A stretch of 52,076 nt of DNA from Octopus bimaculoides (Eukaryota): the NCBI RefSeq assembly GCF_001194135.2, contig NC_068986.1, forward strand, positions 21,151,174 to 21,203,249. Reading direction: 5' to 3'. The translations under genes were made by a program, and so were the position numbers. This document shows, piece after piece, positions 37,084 to 48,323 of this stretch; position 1 is the first letter of the stretch; every line of letters begins with the position of its first letter. The notes under the pieces are model-generated. The model saw only the letters and a list, made by a program, of their open reading frames with translations, had not been told where the DNA came from and searched no databases.

Positions 37084-38607
37084 AACAGCGTAAATATTTC
37101 TTTCTAATTTTGGCACAAGGCCAGCAATTTCAAAGGGAGAGCGGGATCAGTTGATTAAATTGACCCAATACTTCACTGGTATTTTGTTTTCCTGACTTTA
37201 AAAGAATGAAAGACAAAGTTGAACTTGGGGTGATTTGAACTCAGAACTTAAAGAGTCGGAAGAAATGCCTGAAAGCATCTTATACAAAGCGCTGTTGATT
37301 CTGCCTGCTCGCTGCCCTTAACAGCGTGAATATTACATTTTAAAAGGCGGCAAGTTGGCAGAATCGTTAGCACGCCGGGCGAAATGCTTAGCGGTATTTC
37401 TTCTATCTTATGTTCTGAGCTCAAATTCCGCCGAGGTCGACTTTGCCTTTCCTCCTTTCGAGGTCGATAAATTAAGTACCAGTTGCGTACTGGGGTCGAT
37501 CTAATCGTTCTGGGCCCCCTCCCTAAAAATTTCGGGCCTTGTGCCTCGAGTAGAAAAGAATATTGCTTTTAAAAAGACGGCGAGCTGGCAGAATCGGTAG
37601 CATGCCGGGCGAAATGCTAAGCAGTATTTCGTCTGTCTTTACTTTCTGAGTTAGAATTCCACCGAAGTCGACTTTGCCTTTAATCCTTTCAGGGTCGATA
37701 AATTAAGTACCAGTTGAACACTGGGGTCGATCTAATCGACTGGGTCCCCTCCCCAAAAATATCGGGCCTTGTGCCTAGAGTAGAAAAGAATATTACTTTT
37801 TAAATTTTTACACATACACAAGGCCAACAATTTCGAGAAAAGGAGTAAGTGGATTATATCAACCCCAGAATTCAACTGGTACTTATTTTATTGATCTCGA
37901 AAGGATAAAAGCACAAAGGTCCCTTGGCGGCTTTTGAACTCAGAACGTAAAGACGGGCGATATGCTGTTGAGCATTTTCCCCTCACGCTAATGAGTCTGC
38001 CAGCTCGCCACCCTCTAACACCCTGAATACTGGTTTCAAATTTTGGAACAAAGCCAGCAATTTTGAGAGAGAGCGGAGTAAGTCGATTACTTCGACCCCG
38101 TTGCTCGACTGATGCTTATTTTATAGACCCAGAAAGAATGAAAGGCAAAGTCGACCTCGGCCGCATTTGAACTCAGAACGTAAAGACGGACGAAATGCCA
38201 TTAAGCATTTTGTCCGACAGGCTAACAATTCTGCCAGCTCACCACCTTTAACAGCATGAATATTAAAAACAATTAAGTTAATTAACATTATTTACATTCG
38301 ACGGATATTTGTCCTCTTCTGGACAAATATCCGTCGAATGTAAATAAGGTACATAATTCCTCAGCTCTTAAATATATATTTCTTTATTGCCTACAAGGGG
38401 CTAAACATAGAGGGGACAAACAAGGACAAACAAACGGATTAAGTCGATTACATCGACACCAGTACGTAGATGGTACTTTTTTATCGACCCCGAAAGGATG
38501 AAAGGTAAAGTCGACCACGGCGGAATTTGATCTCGGAACGTAACGGCAAGCGAAATACCGCTAAGCATTTCGCCCGGCGCGCTAACGTTTCTGCCAGCTC
38601 GCCGCCT
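37084..38607. mobile_element. Dense array of six SINE family A copies in the order -,+,+,-,-,-
   Basis: Copies at ~37099-37318(-), 37345-37560(+), 37575-37790(+), 37810-38012(-), 38032-38247(-) and 38375-38607(-). The last has a TSD-like TCA[G/T]CTCTTAAATATA. Confidence 0.88.
38288..38347. repeat. Perfect 27-bp inverted repeat with a 6-nt loop
   Basis: TTATTTACATTCGACGGATATTTGTCC-tcttct-GGACAAATATCCGTCGAATGTAAATAA. Confidence 0.95.
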
Positions 38608-39199
38608 ATCATCTCTTAAATATAGAACTATGAGTTAATTAAGTTATTTCTCACTGGAATGGAGGTTTGCCAAAACTGATATTCATGTTTGTTGGTGCCA
38701 TTTGCTGCACAATGGATATCATATCATATCTAGTTAAGCAATCATAAATTAAACTATACAACATATATGAAAACACAAATATCAAAACAAATTTGCAATA
38801 AGAAAGGGGGTAAAAAAAAAAACGAAAATGTATGTGACAAGTTGATTAATGAATTTGATTAAACACTCGTAGAAATCTTTTAAGATTGACAGAAAACCAG
38901 AAGAAAATTAACCAGTATTGACAACATGGCAACATGTCGATTCAATCGAAAATGAAACCCGAATGGAGCTTGAAACTAATCTGGTGAATATTCTCTGGTT
39001 TCTGAATTACGTCAATTCTATAAGATGCAGCAACGTGGATAAACCAAACGCTGAAAGAAGCAAACAGGTCGTAGATTTTTATATGTAAATGATAGATCAC
39101 CAAGAGTTATGAAAGAATGGATGTGTGGTTAAGAAGCTTGCTTTTCAACCACGTGGTTTCCGGTTCAATTCCATAAATTTTGGAATAAACATTTTACTC

Positions 39200-39420
39200 T
39201 TTACTCTTTTATTCTTTTACTTGTTTCAGTCATTTGACTGCGGCTATGCTGGAGCACCGCCTTTAGTTGAGCAAATCAACCCCAGGACTTATTCTCTTAT
39301 TCTTTGTAAGCCTAGTACTTATTCTATCGGTCTCTTTTGCCGTACCGCTAAGTTACGTGAACGTAAACACACCAGCATCGGTTGTCAAGCGATGTTGGGG
39401 GGACAAAAACAGACACACAA

Positions 39421-39470
<50 letters not shown>
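39200..39470 (-). mobile_element. SINE family B, 3' half
   Basis: Same sequence as 4768-4990. Confidence 0.85.
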
Positions 39471-39473
<3 letters not shown>

Positions 39474-40392
39474 NNNNNNNNNNNNNNNNNNNNNNNNNNN
39501 NNNNNNNNNNNNNNNNNNNNNNNNNNNNNNNNNNNNNNNNNNNNNNNNNNNNNNNNNNNNNNNNNNNNNNNNNNNNNNNNNNNNNNNNNNNNNNNNNNNN
39601 NNNNNNNNNNNNNNNNNNNNNNNNNNNNNNNNNNNNNNNNNNNNNNNNNNNNNNNNNNNNNNNNNNNNNNNNNNNNNNNNNNNNNNNNNNNNNNNNNNNN
39701 NNNNNNNNNNNNNNNNNNNNNNNNNNNNNNNNNNNNNNNNNNNNNNNNNNNNNNNNNNNNNNNNNNNNNNNNNNNNNNNNNNNNNNNNNNNNNNNNNNNN
39801 NNNNNNNNNNNNNNNNNNNNNNNNNNNNNNNNNNNNNNNNNNNNNNNNNNNNNNNNNNNNNNNNNNNNNNNNNNNNNNNNNNNNNNNNNNNNNNNNNNNN
39901 NNNNNNNNNNNNNNNNNNNNNNNNNNNNNNNNNNNNNNNNNNNNNNNNNNNNNNNNNNNNNNNNNNNNNNNNNNNNNNNNNNNNNNNNNNNNNNNNNNNN
40001 NNNNNNNNNNNNNNNNNNNNNNNNNNNNNNNNNNNNNNNNNNNNNNNNNNNNNNNNNNNNNNNNNNNNNNNNNNNNNNNNNNNNNNNNNNNNNNNNNNNN
40101 NNNNNNNNNNNNNNNNNNNNNNNNNNNNNNNNNNNNNNNNNNNNNNNNNNNNNNNNNNNNNNNNNNNNNNNNNNNNNNNNNNNNNNNNNNNNNNNNNNNN
40201 NNNNNNNNNNNNNNNNNNNNNNNNNNNNNNNNNNNNNNNNNNNNNNNNNNNNNNNNNNNNNNNNNNNNNNNNNNNNNNNNNNNNNNNNNNNNNNNNNNNN
40301 NNNNNNNNNNNNNNNNNNNNNNNNNNNNNNNNNNNNNNNNNNNNNNNNNNNNNNNNNNNNNNNNNNNNNNNNNNNNNNNNNNNNNNNNNNNN

Positions 40393-40885
40393 TTCGGGGT
40401 CGATAAATTAAGTACCAGTTACGCACTGGGGTCGATGTAATCCACTTAATCCGTTCGTCTGTTCTTGTTTGTTCCCTCTATGTTTAGCCCCTTGTGGGCA
40501 ATAAAGAAATAGGTATTTCATCCGTGGCTATGTTCTGAGTTCAAATTCCACCTAGGTCGACTGTCTCTTTCGTCCTTTCGGGGTCGACGAAATGAGTACC
40601 AGTTATGCACTGCGGTCGATGTTATCAACTCATCCCCTCTCCTGAAATTGCTGCCCTTGCGGCAAAATTTGAAACCAAAGACGGCGAGCTGGCAGAAACG
40701 TTAGCACGCCGGGCGAAATGCTTAACGGTATTTCGTCTGTGTTTATGTTCTGAGTTCAAATTCCGCCGAGGTCAACTTTGTCTTTCATCCTTTCGGGGTC
40801 GATAAATTAAGTACCAGTTGAATACTGGGGTCGATTTAATTGACTATCCCCCTCCCCCAAATTTTCGGGCTTTGTGCCTAGAGTA
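40393..40885 (+). mobile_element. SINE family A multimer followed by a full copy
   Basis: Tail-to-body junction GAAATA|GGTATTTC at 40511/40512; a new head starts at ~40680. Confidence 0.85.
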
Positions 40886-41285
40886 GAATGGATTATTATT
40901 GCGCAGCTGAAGGAATGCGTGCCGGTAGAATCGTTAGAGCGTCGGAAAAAATTCCGGCTCTTTACGTTCTGTGTTCAAATAGGCACAGGCGTGTCTGTGT
41001 GATAAGTCTGCTTCCAAGTTACATGGTTCCGAGTTCAGTCCTGCTAGGACAAATGTCTTGTACTATCACCTCAGGCCGACCAAAAGCCTTGCGTTTGGAT
41101 TTGGTGGACGGAAACCGAAAGAAGCCCGTCGTGTACATATTAGTACGTGTGTGTGTGTGTGTGTTTGCTCTCACCACTGTTTGACAACCGGTGTTTGGTG
41201 TATTTAGGTGGGGGAGGAATTAGCAACGTGGTAATGGCGATTCGCATAATGGTGGATGCTGTAGCTGTTCTTTAGCTCCCCTATC

Positions 41286-41336
41286 AACTGAGCTAGGGAA
41301 ACTAAACCGATGAGGTTTAGCTTCCCTAGCCCAGCC
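41286..41336. other. 23-bp hairpin with a 5-nt loop
   Basis: Arms 41286-41308 and 41314-41336. On the minus-strand RNA all 23 positions pair (19 Watson-Crick, 4 G-U). Confidence 0.8.
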
Positions 41337-41716
41337 CATTTAGTCCTTCATTGAAACAGATCTTATTTGGGATTGGATATCATTGAATGATACCTTTCTC
41401 TTCTAAGACGATAAAATAATATTTGAGTGACATATGACTACTATTTCTAATAGGTTAACCAACTACGTAGCGGCTTGTTGCCTTGCCTGTGGTCTATTTC
41501 TTGGTCTCCAGACACTCGACCTGGTCTGTAAAACTTGTCCTGTCACTCTTTCTTTAGAAACCTTAATTTCATGATGCGAGGCTTGAGGCTAAATAGGATG
41601 CAATAATGCACCAGTTTCTGCACTTGGTTATCAAAAGGGAGGCAGCTAGATGTAAAGGCCAAAATATTCGGATTTTGTGGTTACATTTACTCATGTTTAT
41701 AAATCATGAGTAGTGA

Positions 41717-41975
41717 CTACTGCTGCTGCTGCTGCTGCTGCTGCGAGTGAGGCTGCAGTATTACTGTGGTGCTATGGGTAGTAGTGGGACAGCAATTATT
41801 GTCGGTGCTGCTGCTTCTGAAGATGATGATGATGGTGATGCCCACAACGACCACAATGACGACGACCGTGATGGTGACAACCACTGCAATGATAATGATG
41901 ATGTTGATGATGTTGACCACGACAATGACGTCGACGACAACGACGACGATGACGATGATGATGATGATGATGACG
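41717..41975. repeat. Compound triplet repeat (CTG)n then degenerate (GAT/GAC/AAC/CAC)n
   Basis: Seen directly; it gives an Asp-rich ORF. Confidence 0.85.
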
Positions 41976-42659
41976 TTTACATTCGATCGACTGGATTTAC
42001 CGAGAGGTTTTTGCTTTGTTTCATTTTGTCTGATTTCGTTTTTTCGTTTTGTTGTTGTTGTCGACCTTTAACAGACTATCTTTATTACCGACGTTCTTGT
42101 CGAAACTTCTGTCAAAATAACTCTTCAGCATTACTTTTTCAACAATGACACTACTTAGTAGATCTTATCGCACCAAATACATTTCGAAGCTGTTTTCCCT
42201 TTCAGTTATTTTAACGATCGTAATTGGAAAAATCTTTGAGAAAACAACATAAACCTTTCATATAAAACAACATACAGAATAAATAATCTCAAAAGATATT
42301 GTTTGTAGAATCTTACGAAGTTTATATCTTGTTTTTTTCCTTTTTGGTTCTTGTTTATTTTAAAGTTTCTTTTTACTTCTTAACTATAATTATTGTATTC
42401 ATTCCATACATAGACACCTACACACACATACATACATATATGTATGTATGTACGTTTGTATGAATGCGTATATACGTATTGTAATGTATTTGCTTGTGGT
42501 AAAAACCAATAAATAGCTTGAACTTATAAAAGGGACCAAATTAGTAAAATGGCCATCGGACAAAACGATTACCGGATAAGTTTTACAACCTTCTGGACGA
42601 AACACTGAGATAAATGAACACAATGACAGACGGTGAGGCGGGCATATACAGATGTATTC

Positions 42660-42704
<45 letters not shown>

Positions 42705-42719
42705 TAGAGATAGATAGAT

Positions 42720-42947
42720 CGAGCTGGCAGAAACGTTAACACACCGGACGAAATGCTTAGTGGTATTTCGTCTGCCATTACGTTCTGAGTTCAAATTCTG
42801 CCGAGGTCGACTTTGCCTTTCATCCTTTCGGGGTCGATAAATTAAGTATTAGTTACGCACTGGGGTCGATGTAATCGACTTAATCCCTTTGTCTGTCCTT
42901 GTTTGTCCCCTCTGTGTTTAGCCCCTTGTGGGCAATAAAGAAATAAG
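42720..42947 (+). mobile_element. SINE family A inserted in a (GATA)n tract
   Basis: AGATAGATAGAT flanks on both sides. Confidence 0.88.
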
Positions 42948-42949
42948 AC

Positions 42950-43006
<57 letters not shown>

Positions 43007-43229
43007 TCCACCATTCTATGCTTAACTATGTACGTATGTATTACTTGTATGTGTGTGTGTGTGTTTGCAGGATTCTTGATGTGAAATCGTGTGATGAAAT
43101 AGATATTGTTATGTTTGCGGTTGGTCATCTTTTGCTAATTAAGCACACGCACTATTTATTTGATCTTCACATTATCATCATCATCATTATTATTATTAAG
43201 GCGGCGAGCTGGCAGAAGCGTTAGCACGC

Positions 43230-43266
43230 CTATTGTGGCAACAGATTTTAAATGTTGCCACAATAG
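43230..43266. repeat. Perfect 14-bp inverted repeat (9-nt loop) abutting a truncated SINE head
   Basis: CTATTGTGGCAACA-gattttaaa-TGTTGCCACAATAG. Confidence 0.9.
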
Positions 43267-43420
43267 TAATATGTTCATTCTGCTGTAATTTTCTATATCC
43301 TTGTGCAGCTGAAGATTGCTCTGCATTTTGCTGTTAATGTAATGCTCGTATTACTTAAATAAATGGAGTAGCACCAAACGTGAGTACTGCAATAACCTTT
43401 AAAACCGTGTTGCTTTTTTG

Positions 43421-43474
<54 letters not shown>

Positions 43475-43489
43475 GCGATGAGCTTCTTT

Positions 43490-43612
43490 CAACCAAATTC
43501 ACTTTGGTCCACCCGAGACTATAGTAGAAGACATTTACCCAAGGTACCTCGCAGTGGGAGTGATCTCATAACTATGTGATTGGGAAGCAAACTTCTTACC
43601 ACACAGCCACGA
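43490..43612 (-). mobile_element. SINE family B, 5' half
   Basis: Reverse complement of GGCTGTGTGGTAAGAAG…GGTAAATGTCTTCTACTATAG. Confidence 0.8.
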
Positions 43613-43619
43613 GACAGAC

Positions 43620-43696
<77 letters not shown>

Positions 43697-43832
43697 TTAA
43701 GTAAAGGAAGCATGCGTATTAAAGACAATTTATATATATTAATTTACTAAACCACTGTGANNNNNNNNNNAGCATGCGTATTAAAGACAATTTATATATA
43801 TTAATTTACTAAACCACTGTGAACCAGTTTCA

Positions 43833-43869
<37 letters not shown>

Positions 43870-44788
43870 TGCGCGCGCGCACTTTATTTTTGTTTTTTAT
43901 CCCTTTCTAATGCTGAGAGCTAAAATCATATGTAAGACATAAAATGTAATCTCGACTACAAAACTCTAACAAATTGCAATGGAAGATGTCCAAACGAGGC
44001 TTTGCAAATATAACATGGCGCCAAAGACAATTTCTAACGAATGTAATAAGAAGAAGGAAAAGAAAGCGCTGCGTTTGATATGAAGTGGATTGACACAAAT
44101 TTTAATGAGTAGCATGGAGGAATGTCGGATGAATTAGGTTTATGTGAAAGTAGGGAATATGAGTCACGTGTTTTGACCAAAGCAAATGTAAACGTTTCTT
44201 TATTGAACACAAAGAAATATTAATATCCCTTGTGTATAAAACTATTATCTTCAAACGACCCAACGAAGAAGCCATTAAGTGGTAGTGTGAACAACTAGAA
44301 ATAGCAACCTAATCTCTTCAAATCTTATTGCTGGATCAGGGTCGATTTGGTAAAAGCCGACTCGGTGGCTACATAATGACTATTCTTTTTAAAGATAATC
44401 ACACGGATTACAAAAGCTGGTGGGGTTTACGTCTTTGAATGTCAATCCAAAACGCCTTGTGTTATTTCTTGCGGCTCTTTAAGTTCAGAGTTCAAATCCC
44501 ACAATGGTCAATATTTCTTTGCATTCCTCCGGAGTCGATAAAAAGGAAGAACCACTCAAACACTGTTTCCGACTAAAACTGCCTAAATCGAAAACTACGA
44601 TAAAACAAACTTCGACAAGAGGAACTTTACATAAGTAGACTACGAAAGTAAGGGAGATAATAGCATCCGTTCTTCTATGTCTTGGGCTTGGCTCACTATA
44701 CACCAGTCCAGGTTGCACAATTAGGAGCAAACAGAAGGATAAGCTTCATACAAGCTTATTACATTTAAAACTCTTTGTAGGGTGATTT

Positions 44789-44842
<54 letters not shown>

Positions 44843-45491
44843 GAGCAGAAGACTACCATAAGCACGCATGCAGATATGTGTACATGTACCTATATACACA
44901 TACACATGCATACATGCGTGTACATGCATGTATATATAAATGTATGTATGTACATGCATGTATATGCATGTATATGCATGCATATACATGCGTGTATATG
45001 CATGTATGTATACAGACATATACTGGTGTATGTGTGTGTACACCTATAAATGTATATATCTACACACATATATGAACATGCACACATAAACACATACAAA
45101 TACACACACATATATGTGTGTGTATTTGTGCGTGTGCGTAAGTCCGTGTGTGCGCGTATCTGTGTTTATTTTTGTGTGTGCATGCGTGTGCATGTGTGTG
45201 CATGCGTGTGCATGTGTGTGCATGTATGTGTGTGTACGTGTGCGTGTTCATATTAGTCAATTTCAAAATATCATGTGCCATGTTAAGCTCCAGTGATATT
45301 TTTATCTGGGTTATTACTGATATGTGATATGATTACATTTACATGCATGTAGATATTACACATAAAGCTATGTTGTTTCGTTAGCTGCATTCAATAGAGT
45401 GAAAAATACCTCGACATAGAGTTCACGCTGCTTCTGTTCCATCACAAGACAAGAACGGGGTCTGCGTAGTATAAGTGATCAAAACGCCAAA

Positions 45492-45543
45492 CCCCTTGCT
45501 ACAGTTGGCCCCTTGCTACAGTTGACCCCTTGCTTACAGTTCA
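45492..45543 (+). repeat. Tandem 17-bp repeat x3 (CCCCTTGCTACAGTTGN)
   Basis: Units at 45492, 45509 and 45526. Confidence 0.9.
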
Positions 45544-45619
45544 CCGTTAAATTAAGTGGAAGCTCTCTATGCAATTTCATCACAAGTTCAAGTTCTTACT
45601 GCGGTGTGATGACATGTGC

Positions 45620-45990
45620 GTCTCGGTGACTCAGAGAGCTATGCTAGCAGAGTGCAAGCTCTTGGTTAGAGTAGGGTCTCCCACGCTGGACAAGTCAAAG
45701 GACAAACGCCAGGCGAATATAGACCACCTCTTACAAGAGGTTAAAATAGGTTTGCGTAGGACCAATGCCCCTACCTGTAAAAAACAAAGCATCGATGACA
45801 ATTCAAACCAAGACCTGAGAGTGGAAGGCCTTCCCTTTGGAAAGCATATAGGGCGGGATAATGAGGCAGAGCAGAAAAAGCAGGGGTCCAGCCGGAGGGA
45901 AGCATAAAAGACAATCCAGAATCAAAAACAGTAGGAAAAGGGTCCTCTGTGGGCTATGATCCATAGGGAACGAAGTGCTTAAGTAGATAG
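45620..45990 (+). mobile_element. Internally deleted RTE-clade element: 5'UTR-like segment joined to the last ~55 codons and 3' end
   Basis: GTAGGGTCTCCCACGCTGGACAAGTC…CGTAGG…CCTACCTGTAAAAAAC resembles RTE 5'UTRs. It is followed by G.P….RDNEAEQKKQG…Q…VLCGL*SIGNEVLK* (one frameshift), resembling RTE C-termini (…GGLCS..G…K*). Confidence 0.55.
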
Positions 45991-46644
45991 CATATAATTA
46001 GAGATTGTTTAATGAAATTGCAAGAATGGGTTTAAATACTTTCTTGGTGAGAGGACTGATGTTCCCCAGGAGTTTTTTAAGGTGGTGAAATGACGATTTT
46101 GGTCAGAGAAAGAAAAACAAAGACCATGTCACTTTTCAGGCCTCCAAAACAGGAATGATCACAAGAAAGCTAACTCGGTTGAAGCCCACCTCCACCACCA
46201 AGGGTCATGTGGCTGTGTTAAACCGATTCACTGATTAAGTAAGCCTTCGCAACACAGCGAATTGACAGAGTCGTTAGAGCATCGGATAGCATGCTTCATG
46301 GCTTTTGTTCCGACTCATTACGTCATGAGTTCAAATCCCTCCAAGCTCAACTTACCTCTTTTCCTTTCGTGGTTGATAAAATGAATTAACAATCCAAGGA
46401 TTATTAGAGCTGTGAGAAAGAATATCGGATCAAATGCCTTGTGGTATTTGTTCCGAGTCTCAGTTTTCTGAGTTCAAATTCTGCCACGGCTTACTTGGGT
46501 TGTAGACTTAACCCGTTACCCCAGTGGGACGCAGTGGGGCACAGTGGGACTGAACCTGGAACCATGTGGTTCGTAAGCAAGCTACTTCCCACACAGCCAC
46601 TCCTACGCCTAAATAATGTACATAATTCCTCATCTCTTAAATAT

Positions 46645-46739
46645 AGAACTGTATTGGCACTGTTTCTACTTCACGGATTTTCACCTATCGGTGGGGGTGG
46701 AGTTGGAACGTAACACCCGCGATAGTCGAGGGATTACTG
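46645..46739. mobile_element. Right end of the same Tigger-like MITE as 48324-49231
   Basis: …CACCCGCGATAGTCGAGGGATTACTG|TA. Confidence 0.75.
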
Positions 46740-46764
46740 TATTGTAGAACTATAAACAATTTAT

Positions 46765-46837
46765 CGCCGATAAATTTTAACAGCAAAATCTTATACGGGC
46801 TCCTAAGGATCATATGGACCCCAGTTGAGAACCACTG
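46765..46837 (-). mobile_element. Terminal fragment of the same hAT MITE family as 29341-29669
   Basis: Reverse complement CAGTGGTTCTCAACTGGGGTCCATATGATCC aligns with the start of 29341. Confidence 0.75.
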
Positions 46838-47114
46838 GATTAAAAGNNNNNNNNNNNNNNNNNNNNNNNNNNNNNNNNNNNNNNNNNNNNNNNNNNNNNN
46901 NNNNNNNNNNNNNNNNNNNNNNNNNNNNNNNNNNNNNNNNNNNNNNNNNNNNNNNNNNNNNNNNNNNATCACTGGAATCGTAGCATCATCAATGCATACT
47001 TCATTAATTTCTGAAGACTGAAAAAGAAAATCGATCGGAAGCAAAACCGTCCATACTTTCTTTACAAAGTTATAAATCAATGTTTGTGTGTGTGCGATAG
47101 AAAGCACGGAAAAG

Positions 47115-47155
<41 letters not shown>

Positions 47156-47766
47156 AGGGCATAGATGTACGTAGATAGCAATGAAAAGAGGGTGTGTGTG
47201 AATGTGCGTATATGTGAGTGCGTATGTTTGTATGTGTGTATGTGTGTGTGAGCGTGCGTGATAGAAAGCAAGGAAAAGAGGTGAAGTATGTTTATGTCTG
47301 CGTGTATGTATACGACACAGAGCTAGGAAGTGATGTGCGTGTGTGTGTGTATGTGTGTGTATGTGTGTGTACTACTTCAATCTGTAACCACCATTGTTAT
47401 CGAAAGCAAACAGACGACCGGTTAAAGTTAAGCAGAGATTTATGACTTTCCCTTGATTTCTCACTTAGCTGCTATCAACTTGTAGATTTCTGGAGTCTAT
47501 TTACGGTTCTAAGATTCAGCGGAAACAGTTCCAATCTCATGAAAATAGTTTAATCAATGAATTCAGTTTATTAAATGTGTTCAAAACTGTTTGTGTGACT
47601 GCCGTAGCAAAAATGGTAAACGTCCAGGAAAGCAACTTTACGAGATACAGATTCTATCTATTGCTTTATTTTATTGTATTTAATCTTGGACAAAATGCTG
47701 AGCGGCATTTCTTCCGATTTCACATTCTGAGTTTAAATTCTACCGAGGTCGACTTTGTCGTTCATC

Positions 47767-48079
47767 CTTTCAGGATCGATAAAATAAATACCAGTTGAAC
47801 ACTGGGGGGGGGGGGGTAACCGACTAATCCCCTTCCTGCAAAATACCAGGCTTTGTTTGTATAGTAGAAATAATTATATTTACTCTTTCATGCGGTGAGC
47901 TAGCAGACTCGACAGAGCATCAGTAAAAAAAAAAAAATAAATAAATAGCGCCGAGCTGGCAGAATCGTTAAAGCATCAGAAAATAACCTGCTTTCGGTAT
48001 TGTTCTGGTTGTTTTGTGATCTAAGTTCAATTTTTGCTGGGGCAAACTTTACCCTTCGGTCTTCCGGAAACGATATAGT
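47767..48079 (+). repeat. ~313-bp near-identical direct duplication, copy 1 (copy 2 at 49377-49686)
   Basis: Differences are mainly G-run and A-run lengths plus CATCAGAAA vs CATCGGAAA. Confidence 0.92.
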
Positions 48080-48323
48080 AAAGTATCACGCTTTGTGTCT
48101 AAATCAGAAATCTTTTCACCTAATCTTAGATCATATCTCTTCAAGAAGAGAGAGGGATTCCATCATATGTAGGAACCCATAGATAAATAAAAGAGTGGTT
48201 ATAATGAAATTAAGGCTGTATCAACAATTAAACAGTTTTAATTACAATAAAAATTATTTCTTACATAGGAACTAAGTGAGACATATGAATGAAGTGACAT
48301 AATCGATTAATTCAACGCCAGTA

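Noticed and set aside
37084-38264. CRISPR-like repeat-spacer appearance
   Set aside because: Eukaryotic context; the long units are homologous SINEs and the short units are TSD-like; no cas genes.
43720-43822. 52-bp direct repeat around a 10-N gap
   Set aside because: Identical copies flanking a minimal gap are a typical contig-overlap artefact.
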